Virus record (IMG/VR): IMGVR_UViG_3300016670_000033
Coordinates: 1-44,665 of that record
Reading direction: 5' to 3' (one strand)
Length of the DNA: 44,665 nucleotides
Origin: a virus
Taxonomy: Duplodnaviria > Caudoviricetes
The translations under genes and the position numbers were made by a program. Position 1 is the stretch's first letter. Each line of letters begins with the position of its first letter. This document shows, one piece after another, positions 1-8,000 of this stretch. The notes beneath the pieces were generated by a model. The model was not told where the DNA came from and did not search any database. It worked only from the letters and a program-made list of their open reading frames with translations.

Positions 1-314
1 GGGGGAGAAACGTCTGTCTCTGACAGCTTAATGATCCGACGCTTAATGAAATCATCGGTCAAAGTGTCAGCCTTCATTGTCCGCAGCTGAGCCTGCAGCA
101 TTCGGACCTGATCCTCAAGGGAGTCACCAACAGTTAAAACTTCCAACTCATCGGAGACCTCGATATTGGCTCGCTTGGCGTTTGATAGTCGGGAGGCAAA
201 CGTGGAGGCGGGGATGTTAAGCAACCGGGCGGCTGCTTCTTTGTTGCCGCCGACCTTTTTATAGGCCCGTAAGGTCTCGACAAGAACTTCGGTAGGTACT
301 GGCTTGGCTGGCAC
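1..314 (-). CDS. Fis-type HTH protein, 3'-truncated by the window edge; possibly the N-terminus of a phage metallophosphoesterase
   Basis: Manual translation, not in the ORF track: GTG at 314-312 preceded by AGGGG; MPAKPVPTEVLVETLRAYKKVGGNKEAAARLLNIPASTFASRLS...DFIKRRIIKLSETDVSP, open to position 1. GGNKEAAARLLNIP..T...RL fits a Fis-like HTH. The downstream domain is recollection only. Confidence 0.7.
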   Translation of the reverse strand, partial: MPAKPVPTEVLVETLRAYKKVGGNKEAAARLLNIPASTFASRLSNAKRANIEVSDELEVLTVGDSLEDQVRMLQAQLRTMKADTLTDDFIKRRIIKLSETDVSP

Positions 315-358
315 AATTTTCCCCTAGTGTCAAACCAAGCCAGTATTTACTTACTTGG

Positions 359-940
359 TTACGACTGTGTTAAATCTTTAAGCTGATCTAAAACTTTTGT
401 CAAGGCCACCCGACGATCTTTAACTTCGGGTGCGTAGTCAAGCTCGTCGGACTCCTCCCAGACCCTCAGGAACTGCTCAAGATCGGCTGCCACTTCTTTG
501 AGCTTGTGCCACCCATTGTTCTGAGACTCCTGTGCTTCGATCCCCTTAATCATGGCTGCCGTAATGAATGCTGAAAAAATGCGGTTCATCTCCTCGGAAG
601 ATGCGGTGAAAGTAAAAACACCATCCTCAGCCTCAGCAACCGACAGAGTTCCAAAAGATTTGGTATCTGCTTCCTCCTCTTCCTCCTCTTCTTCCTCTTC
701 TTCGTTTTCTTCCTCGTCCTCTTCTTCTTCAGGAGGATTGCGATTCTCCTGGAAGGTCTGAGTAACTGTATCCTCGATGCTGTTCAGCTTCTCTATTGCA
801 ATGTTCAAAGAAGTCGCAATTGAGTCTGCGTCTGGTGTAACCGTCTGGTTTAGACAGGCGTCAGTGATGACATTGAGAAGACTCTTTGCATCGTACGCGT
901 CGCTCTCAATCTGATTAAGGCTATGCCAAGTGATCTGCAT
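359..940 (-). CDS. acidic hypothetical protein with central poly-Glu tract
   Basis: 193-aa ORF with AGGAG RBS; EEEEDEEENEEEEEEEEEEE at about 671-730. Confidence 0.75.
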   Translation of the reverse strand: MQITWHSLNQIESDAYDAKSLLNVITDACLNQTVTPDADSIATSLNIAIEKLNSIEDTVTQTFQENRNPPEEEEDEEENEEEEEEEEEEEADTKSFGTLSVAEAEDGVFTFTASSEEMNRIFSAFITAAMIKGIEAQESQNNGWHKLKEVAADLEQFLRVWEESDELDYAPEVKDRRVALTKVLDQLKDLTQS

Positions 941-948
941 GACAACTC

Positions 949-1164
949 CTAGGGTAGAAATTCTTGAAAGGACCGGTAAAACCGGGCCATAACATCCTCT
1001 AACAGTTTCATTTCAGTTTCACTATGCTCCTCATGTTTGATCTTGTTCTTGAGCATGTAGTAAAAGTCATGCGCCGCCTCATTGGCTTGCAGGGCTTTTT
1101 TGCTAACTGAAAGATAGCCCTCAGCATCCCTAAGGCACTCAAACGACATCTTGATCTCGATCAT
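949..1164 (-). CDS. hypothetical protein
   Basis: 71-aa ORF, ATGA-coupled to the upstream gene. Confidence 0.7.
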   Translation of the reverse strand: MIEIKMSFECLRDAEGYLSVSKKALQANEAAHDFYYMLKNKIKHEEHSETEMKLLEDVMARFYRSFQEFLP

Positions 1165-1373
1165 TTCTCATTCCCCTTTAGCCACAGTGCGGCACAGATA
1201 TACTCCAATCGCTCGGACGGGCGGTCAGCGTCCAGAGCATCTTTGAATCCCTTCTCGTAAGACTGAAGCAGATCCTTCGCTTTAAATTCTTTCTCCTGCG
1301 CTTTGTACATGAGATGCAACCAGCCCACACCGCACAGAAACCCAATGATTAATGCGACGACTGTTCTGCCCAT
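1161..1373 (-). CDS. small membrane-anchored hypothetical protein
   Basis: N-terminal hydrophobic helix VVALIIGFLCGVGWLHLMY; TAATG coupling to the upstream gene. Confidence 0.7.
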   Translation of the reverse strand: MGRTVVALIIGFLCGVGWLHLMYKAQEKEFKAKDLLQSYEKGFKDALDADRPSERLEYICAALWLKGNEK

Positions 1374-1624
1374 TATTGTTCCTCTCTCAAGCCGTACTTG
1401 TACTGCATATTGGGGCCAAAAAGACGGCGGCGTTTTTCATGCGTGGCTCCAAGTTTGAATGGGTCGTGAAACTTGATCGGAAGAATTCTTTCGTAAACCC
1501 ATGGCAGACCTGGGTTGCGATGCCTACGAAACTCACCAGTCCCCACCTTTCGGCGGAGGGCGGCTTCTGCATCAATCAGGCTAATGCCATGCTCTTTGGA
1601 ATACTCTTTAACTGTGATGCCCAT
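1373..1624 (-). CDS. hypothetical protein, possible HTH (83 aa, MGITVKEY...)
   Basis: Start revised to ATG at 1624, which overlaps the upstream TGA (TGATG); ITVKEYSKEHGISLIDAEAALRR resembles an HTH. Confidence 0.6.
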   Translation of the reverse strand: MGITVKEYSKEHGISLIDAEAALRRKVGTGEFRRHRNPGLPWVYERILPIKFHDPFKLGATHEKRRRLFGPNMQYKYGLREEQ

Positions 1625-1992
1625 CAGAACTGTAGCTCCGTAACACGGCTGCGCAGATAGGCACGCACACGCTGGTAGTGATCGATGGCTGCATCGCATT
1701 CGTCAATCTCTTCTTGAAGAATCGCAACCTTGATGTCTGGCTTAGGAATCTTGTCCTGAGTGGCCTCTTTAGTTGCGTTGTTGATCTGCTCAACAGTCGG
1801 CGTAAATGGAGACTGGTTCTCAACAAGAAAAACATTCTTCCCAATAACATCAACTAGATCTTTGTGCTTGAGTCGCTCAACAATGTCATAGACCTGCGTC
1901 TTGTATTTGAGCGGGATCCGTTGGGCAATCTCTGTCCGGGTAAGCGGTCCACTATCTTTAAGCAATTTAATTACGCGTTCTTCGTACGTCAT
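1624..1992 (-). CDS. winged-HTH DNA-binding protein with C-terminal coiled coil
   Basis: LLKDSGPLTRTEIAQRI...QVYDIVERLKHKDLV is a wHTH pattern. Confidence 0.7.
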   Translation of the reverse strand: MTYEERVIKLLKDSGPLTRTEIAQRIPLKYKTQVYDIVERLKHKDLVDVIGKNVFLVENQSPFTPTVEQINNATKEATQDKIPKPDIKVAILQEEIDECDAAIDHYQRVRAYLRSRVTELQF

Positions 1993-2273
1993 ATCTTTTT
2001 CTCCAATGATTGAATTTGTTCACTCAACACAACACCCAGATCCCTTCCGTTGACAGCAATCATCTGGGCCTCTTTGCACTTGTAAATAACTTCAGCAGCA
2101 TCCTTCAGGCCACGGTTGTATCCAGCAGAAAAAACATCTCCGCCGTCCAAGATGCTTGAGATGGCATCACGGATTAGAGACGAAGCCTGTCTGCGCTTTG
2201 CCAGATCTCGCAACTTCTCGTAATGCTCCTGAGAGATGTATACGGAGTATGGAACTAGCCTCGTTGTTTCCAT
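1989..2273 (-). CDS. ribbon-helix-helix-like DNA-binding protein
   Basis: PYSVYISQEHYEKLRDLAKRRQASSLIRDAI: strand-helix-helix pattern. Confidence 0.65.
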   Translation of the reverse strand: METTRLVPYSVYISQEHYEKLRDLAKRRQASSLIRDAISSILDGGDVFSAGYNRGLKDAAEVIYKCKEAQMIAVNGRDLGVVLSEQIQSLEKKI

Positions 2274-2677
2274 TCCAGAAAGTCCTTATAAATTCCATCA
2301 AGCCTGATGCGGGCCTCATGATTGGTTTTCAATTCAGCCCGGGAGGTTAGGTTAAGCTCATCGCGTAACCATGTTGCAGCCTCATCCGGACCGGCCTCGA
2401 AAAGATTTCCCGTGTCCACAAGGAACTCAGCAAACGCTGGGTCCCTACACATGGTCGCTGAAATCCTTATCGCCCTCTCGCCCTCGTACTCAGCCTGCCT
2501 GTCTATCGGTTGGTCATGATCGTTTAGCCTAACCATGACCACCTGATACCTGGCCCCAACAAAATCCCTCAGAAGCTCCTCGGGGATCTCGTCTGGATGC
2601 ATATTCAGAGTGAGCACAAAGCCAGTCTTGTCTTGCTTCAGGGCAATCTTGATGGCCTCAAATTGAAGCGTCTTCAA
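2255..2677 (-). CDS. phage hypothetical protein
   Basis: 140-aa ORF in operon context, overlapping both neighbours. Confidence 0.7.
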   Translation of the reverse strand: MKTLQFEAIKIALKQDKTGFVLTLNMHPDEIPEELLRDFVGARYQVVMVRLNDHDQPIDRQAEYEGERAIRISATMCRDPAFAEFLVDTGNLFEAGPDEAATWLRDELNLTSRAELKTNHEARIRLDGIYKDFLEWKQRG

Positions 2678-2994
2678 AATGGAACATCCTCGTCGTCAGC
2701 AGGAAGCGAGTTATTTGCACCCGGCTTGATCTCTGGGCTTGAATAGCGAGACTCTGCAGGCTTCACATAGGGTTTGGATACAGACATAGAAATGTATTCA
2801 GTCCCGGTCCTCTGGCTCTGAGAATTCCATGCTGAAACAGATACTTTGATCAGGTCACCCTCGGTCTCGTTAATAAGAGACTTAAGAAAAGACCTGTCAA
2901 GAAACAGATCCCCCTTCAGATCCGGATGGTTGTCAGACTTCTTGTAGTTGTTCTGGAACATGGTTCCAGTATTGGGCTTTGGCGTGTAATTCAT
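2674..2994 (-). CDS. putative single-stranded DNA-binding protein (DUF736-like)
   Basis: NTGTMFQN..K....PDLKG core, acidic C-terminal tail DDEDVPF, adjacent to ERF. Confidence 0.65.
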   Translation of the reverse strand: MNYTPKPNTGTMFQNNYKKSDNHPDLKGDLFLDRSFLKSLINETEGDLIKVSVSAWNSQSQRTGTEYISMSVSKPYVKPAESRYSSPEIKPGANNSLPADDEDVPF

Positions 2995-3674
2995 TTCTGC
3001 TCCAGTTTGGTTTTGGTTTCAGTAAAGCGAGCCATGATTTCCTTGAACGCAAGTGCGTCCTTAGACTTCACGGTGTCAAACAAAACTTTGTTGTGCTTAA
3101 AGATCTGCATAACATCCTCAGTAGACTCTGCAGCTGCAAGCGCAATATCTACAATCTGCTCAATCTGAATGAGCCACTCGTCTACAGGCCCCTCTGGCGC
3201 TGGTGGCGCATCAATCTGCCATGGCGCATCCTTACCAACAATCCGCTCTGCTTTCGGCTTGGCAGGCTTTTGAGGCTCCGGTGCTTTCGTTTTGGGCTCA
3301 GACCCAGTCGTCGCATCGAGGGCGTCATGCTCGACCAGCTCAAAGGCGTTTGTCCATAGATACCGGCGAAGGTAGGTTTGAACTGCGCCAAGGTTCTGTA
3401 CGTCATGGCATCCTTTTAACTGAGCCGTAGACATTGGGGATGTGAAGACAACCTGCCCATCTCCTTCGGTCTCATGAATGGTTAGATACGCCATGGATTC
3501 GTTAAACGACACGACACCACAGAGGCCAACCTCTTTGCAAATCGTCTGGATCGCGGGCAGAAAGTCTCCCAGCTCAAAATACTCATAGCCAGCAAACTTG
3601 TTCTTACCGCTCTTAGACAGCTTAGTGGACTGCAGCTTTACGCGGGCAGCTTGAAGCTTCGCAAATACACTCAC
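2991..3674 (-). CDS. erf: ERF-family single-strand annealing protein
   Basis: KSGKNKFAGYEYFELGDFLP and QNLGAVQTYLRRYLW...DALD ERF motifs. Confidence 0.85.
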   Translation of the reverse strand: MSVFAKLQAARVKLQSTKLSKSGKNKFAGYEYFELGDFLPAIQTICKEVGLCGVVSFNESMAYLTIHETEGDGQVVFTSPMSTAQLKGCHDVQNLGAVQTYLRRYLWTNAFELVEHDALDATTGSEPKTKAPEPQKPAKPKAERIVGKDAPWQIDAPPAPEGPVDEWLIQIEQIVDIALAAAESTEDVMQIFKHNKVLFDTVKSKDALAFKEIMARFTETKTKLEQK

Positions 3675-4546
3675 TTTACACTCTCCAAATAGTCACGCCA
3701 CTGTTGACAATAGGCATTCACCGGACAGAAGGTGGCGCACCTCGTCCTTTCGCCTGGTCTTACTTCTATTTCAAACCCATCACCCGACTTGGCAAGCGCT
3801 TCGTTTGCCTCCTCCTCGGTGTAGTGGAGCGAACTAGCCCGAAGCTTCCCGGTGCGCTTGAGCGCCCAAACAGTTGGCTTCTCCCACATGTCCTGAGGGC
3901 TGCACTCTGGAAGATCTGCTTCAGTCTCCATAGCAAACTCAGCCGCAGAGTGAGCCGCGATCCGATCAGAGATAAACTTCTGGCGCTCTTCGTAGGACCA
4001 CAAAGTGATGGGCAATTCTTTAATCGGCGCTTCTGGATAACCCTCTTTGTTGCTTGCGTCACGGCGGCTCCAGTCACGGATGATGGCCACAATGCCAACA
4101 TCAGTTACAGGGACCCCCTTAACAGTCTCGACTAGCCACGCATAGATATTGAGCTGCTGCTCCCACTCGACCTTCTCATTCATGACCGCCCATGCAGATG
4201 TGGTTTTGTAGTCACGAATGGAGATGCCGGCTTCGGACACAACCTGAAGATCAATCGCACCAGAGATTCGATACCCATCTACTTCGGCATGAATGCGCTC
4301 TTCAACCAGATGATTCTCATCCTTGCCGTGTTCAAGAATTCCGTGGATTGCTGACCCAAAGATAGACCAAACCATCTCGGACACATCCTGCTCAAGCTCT
4401 TCTTCAAACTTCTTGGTCAGAGCTACAATCTTTGGACTATTGATTAGCTGAGTGACCGACAGGTGCGCCCTTCCCTTGGAGTAGGTGGGCCGGTGTAGTA
4501 CATTGACAAACGTCTGGGGGATGTTGAACTTGTTTGTGAGTTTCAT
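3671..4546 (-). CDS. PD-(D/E)XK exonuclease (RecB/Cas4-like superfamily)
   Basis: FGSAIHGILE, SGAIDL, IRDYKTT, QLNIYAWL motifs; C-terminal Cys cluster; GGAGG RBS. Confidence 0.85.
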   Translation of the reverse strand: MKLTNKFNIPQTFVNVLHRPTYSKGRAHLSVTQLINSPKIVALTKKFEEELEQDVSEMVWSIFGSAIHGILEHGKDENHLVEERIHAEVDGYRISGAIDLQVVSEAGISIRDYKTTSAWAVMNEKVEWEQQLNIYAWLVETVKGVPVTDVGIVAIIRDWSRRDASNKEGYPEAPIKELPITLWSYEERQKFISDRIAAHSAAEFAMETEADLPECSPQDMWEKPTVWALKRTGKLRASSLHYTEEEANEALAKSGDGFEIEVRPGERTRCATFCPVNAYCQQWRDYLESVK

Positions 4547-4569
4547 GCTTCCTCCGTTGATGAGATGCC

Positions 4570-4598
4570 ATTGTTCTACACTTTGTCTCCTATGTCAA
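4570..4598 (-). promoter_or_regulatory. putative sigma70 promoter for the leftward recombination operon
   Basis: Minus strand TTGACA (4598-4593), 17 nt, AACAAT (4575-4570). Confidence 0.5.
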
Positions 4599-4625
4599 CA
4601 GGTTGTTCCCATATTTTTTCATGTG

Positions 4626-4654
4626 TTGCTTTGTACTATAACAGCTGTTATAGT
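4626..4654 (+). promoter_or_regulatory. putative sigma70 promoter for the rusA-like gene (predicted leaderless transcript)
   Basis: TTGCTT (4626-4631), 17 nt, TATAGT (4649-4654); ATG at 4661 lies 7 nt downstream with no SD. Confidence 0.55.
4635..4654. repeat. perfect 20-bp palindrome, candidate operator
   Basis: ACTATAACAGCTGTTATAGT is its own reverse complement and lies in the divergent intergenic gap. Confidence 0.85.
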
Positions 4655-4660
4655 TGGCCC

Positions 4661-5029
4661 ATGGAAGTCATCCTACCCTGGCCCCCCAAAGAACTATCCC
4701 CCAACGCAAGGCTGCACTGGGCGCGACGCGCAAAGGCGGCTAAGTACTATCGGGAGTTGTGTTGCCTGAAGACCAAGAACGCTGGATTCGAGGTTCCGTC
4801 GGAGGGAAAGATCAGGATCCTCGTGACCTTTTGCCCACCGGATCGAAGGCACCGAGATGCGGACAACCAGGTTGCCATGATCAAAGCTGGCCTAGATGGA
4901 TTCGCAGACGCTCTAGGGGTAAATGACAGACGGTTTCTCCCGACCTTCCGGTTCACCGATGAGGTAGCCGGAGAGGTCAGGATTTCTTTAGAGCCCCGCG
5001 TCCTTACGCCAGCTTTCAATGTCGTCTAG
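4661..5029 (+). CDS. rusA: RusA-like Holliday junction resolvase
   Basis: LPWPPKELSPNAR, FCPPDRRHRDADN, KAGLDGFADALGVNDRRF; start revised to MEVILPW at 4661. Confidence 0.85.
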   Translation: MEVILPWPPKELSPNARLHWARRAKAAKYYRELCCLKTKNAGFEVPSEGKIRILVTFCPPDRRHRDADNQVAMIKAGLDGFADALGVNDRRFLPTFRFTDEVAGEVRISLEPRVLTPAFNVV

Positions 5030-8000
5030 AATTTCGGCCTTGAGCTTCTGAAGGTCGGTGATCTCTTCGCGTTTCTGTTTCGAAGTTCCGCCGTAGTCTT
5101 TGTTTTCACCGATCTGCCGGATCAAGGCGTTGATCTCTTTGAACTCAGAGTCAACTTCTTTAACGTAGTCATGGGCCATGAGGATGTCTGCGTTCTCTTC
5201 AAGAATCCTGTCCACATCTTCAAGCTTAGAGCGCTCAACCTTCTTCATGAGCGTGTTGTACTTCTTCTCTGTCCGGTCTTTGAGGTCGTAATAAAGATCC
5301 TCTTGTTTGCGCCCAACGGGGCCAGCAAAGAAGCGTCCCATACCAGGCAGGTCACGAAGTCTTGGGTCTACGCGATCTTCGGCAAACATATTAGAGGCGA
5401 ACATGGTCAAGTAACCAGCCGTTCCGAACATGCCACGGACCAGGTGATCCATTTCGATTGGCGAGAGAAGCCTCTTGTCCCCAACCGAAGTCAACCCACT
5501 GAGGACCTTTGCAGCCTCAGAGGTGGATGCGTTGTACTGCTCTGCAGCCTCCACGTTCTCGAGGTTGCGTGGGATGACGGTTGAGCCGCTCCAGAAATTT
5601 CTATTCAATGCAATTTCAATTGCTGGCTTTAGTGCAGAAGGAGCTGGCGTAGGACCGAGCAGAGAATCAAGAGCTGCTTCTTTGAGCGCCGTCTTGAGTC
5701 GTGTGGCATCCACTTCGGTAGCTGTTCCTTCACGGATGACCGTGTTGTAAATCATCTCGGGAATGGCCTTGAAGATAAATGCTGCCGAGGTATTCATCGG
5801 GATCAGGATCGTTTCACCAAACATGGCCTTCGATCCAGGGATCACCAGGTTGCGCAGACGGGTCTGATCATCAAGCTCTTCGTACTCGTCGGAGCCGGCA
5901 ACAATCATTGAATAACCTATTACTGATGCGGCAAGCAATCCTCCTGTTTTTGCCATTCTAACCAAGGCTTTCTTGCGGCTCATGCCCTTGAGTCCACCAC
6001 CGGCAAGCGCCTGTGCAAGTACATTAATGCTCTGTGCGTAGGCATTCATAAACGCTACGTTCCTAGTTAGCCATTGCGCCTCGCGGGATGCTCCGCGTTT
6101 TAGGAAGTCAATAATGTTGTTTGCTTGAAGAAGTGCCTGTGTCTCGTCACCTGTTTCTTTTAGAACAGTGTTGTAGGTTGCACGACGCTGAGCAAAGTCA
6201 GAGGCGTCTCCAATCTTGTCCAAAAGGTTAAGAATCCTTGAGAATGCATTCTGATTTATCAGCCCAATCTCAATTTTGAGTTGGCGCTCCGGAGATCTAG
6301 CCAGTGACTGGAAGCCACCGATTCCATAAGACTTTAGCTTTTCAACAATTGGATCGTTGGGAGTCAGAGACATCAAGAATGATTGGAATACGCCACCAAT
6401 TAGAGCCGCTGGGTTACGAACCCCAGTCACCCACGCAGCGGTGGGTGCGTCCTTCAAGACCTGCGCCATCTGAAAGAATGGATCTACCGTAATGCCTCGA
6501 CGGAATATGTTCTCAAAGGCCGCAATGATTCCGTTCACCGGCAGATCAAGATTCTCCATTCCAATCGAAGCCGCAGCCACTAGAGGATCTGTGATCTCAA
6601 CCGTTACGCGACGCCCATTGATCAGAGCCTTTACGCCAACGCTTCCATTTGGGAGTGGGCCCTCCCGTGGGGCGACCTTGATCCTGCCATTTGCGTCCCT
6701 TGCCGCATAGTCCTCAATGATCCTATTGTTTGCGTAGTTACGCATTACGTTCTTAGTCAGCAACAGAACGTTGTGAAGCATGTTGTCCACAATGTCATCT
6801 ACTACAAGTTCGGTTCTGCCCTTACCAAATCTGCGCTCACGGGGAACGTTTGATAGTCCACGAACCATCCCGCCGGTAGGCTCATGGATGTCCATAGCGT
6901 CATCCATAACCCGGTACCAGGGCACATAGTCTTTAATCGCTTTGAGTCTTTGATGTCGGTCCTTAGACAAGATGCCAGCGAAACGCATCATGTCCAGTGT
7001 GTTCCTGTTAACGGCTGTCCAGTTGGTCATCATGTCCGCGAGCTGCGGGACCTGCTGCTCAAAGGCAATTGCATCGTCAATTGCGACGTCATCAATTACG
7101 GCGATCTTGCGCTTCTCGCCCTTGGGTCCAGTGACAGTCACCTCAAGAATGTTGCCAGCCATGTCTTTCTTCAAGAAGCTTGGGGGGATCTTGTCGTAGG
7201 CACGGATGACCTGCTCTACCTGCTCCCACATGTCTTGCTTGGCTTCTGGCGTAATGGCGTTTTGATAGTCAGCTTCGGACTTCTGATACTCGTCCTGAAT
7301 GGACCGAGCACGCTTGGCCTCAAAGTAGGTATTGACTAGATTGGCTGCACGCTGCTCGCCAAGCATCTCGATAATCTCTGCTTTGAGACGAACAATATTA
7401 GCCAGTGAATACTGGTCATCAACCGCCTGAAAGAGTTGAGTGTTCGCATTAAAGATTAGCTTTCCCCTCAAGATGACTTGCGTACCAACGTGTCCGGCGT
7501 GCATGGCCATCGTGGCATACACTGAGGCGGCAACCTTTCTCCTTCCATCACGGAGTTGGCCGTTGTAGCGAGAGAAGTCAGCAGCGTCTAGTCCGCTTCC
7601 AAACCAGACGTAATCAATTTGAGTCTTGGTGAGCTGACGGTCCACCGATCCAATCAGATTGGATGCTGTCCCAACAGGGTTGGTAACAGCATTCTTCGCA
7701 GCCTCAGCAGAAGCCTGAGCAGCGCCAAGCATGGCATCCTTAACAGGCGTAGACGTCTCGAAGGGAGTGTCAGGCCGGTCATTCCGGGTCATGTAATCAT
7801 CGACATCATCTGGCAGGGCATTGAGAATCCGCTTCTCATAAGTCCCGTCAAGAATCATGTCGTCAACCATTGAATAGTCTGTGCGATCACGGTTCCCGTA
7901 GGCAACATCCTTAAAGATTCGGTGAACGTCGTATCGGTTGTCAAAGCCGAAGACTTTCTTGAGTCCCTCAAACATGCGACGGATGGCAGACTTAAACCTC

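Noticed and set aside
134-316. 60-aa minus-strand ORF in the track
   Set aside because: A different frame (GTG at 314, AGGGG RBS) gives a Fis-like HTH protein open to the window edge and is far more plausible
333-360. AACCAAG/CTTGGTT inverted repeat
   Set aside because: Imperfect stem with a poor U-tract; cannot be called a terminator
552-761. + strand poly-Ser ORF
   Set aside because: Antisense shadow of the poly-Glu tract
3671-4546. Cas4-like nuclease as evidence of a CRISPR system
   Set aside because: No repeat-spacer array or other cas genes seen; the ERF/SSB context indicates recombination
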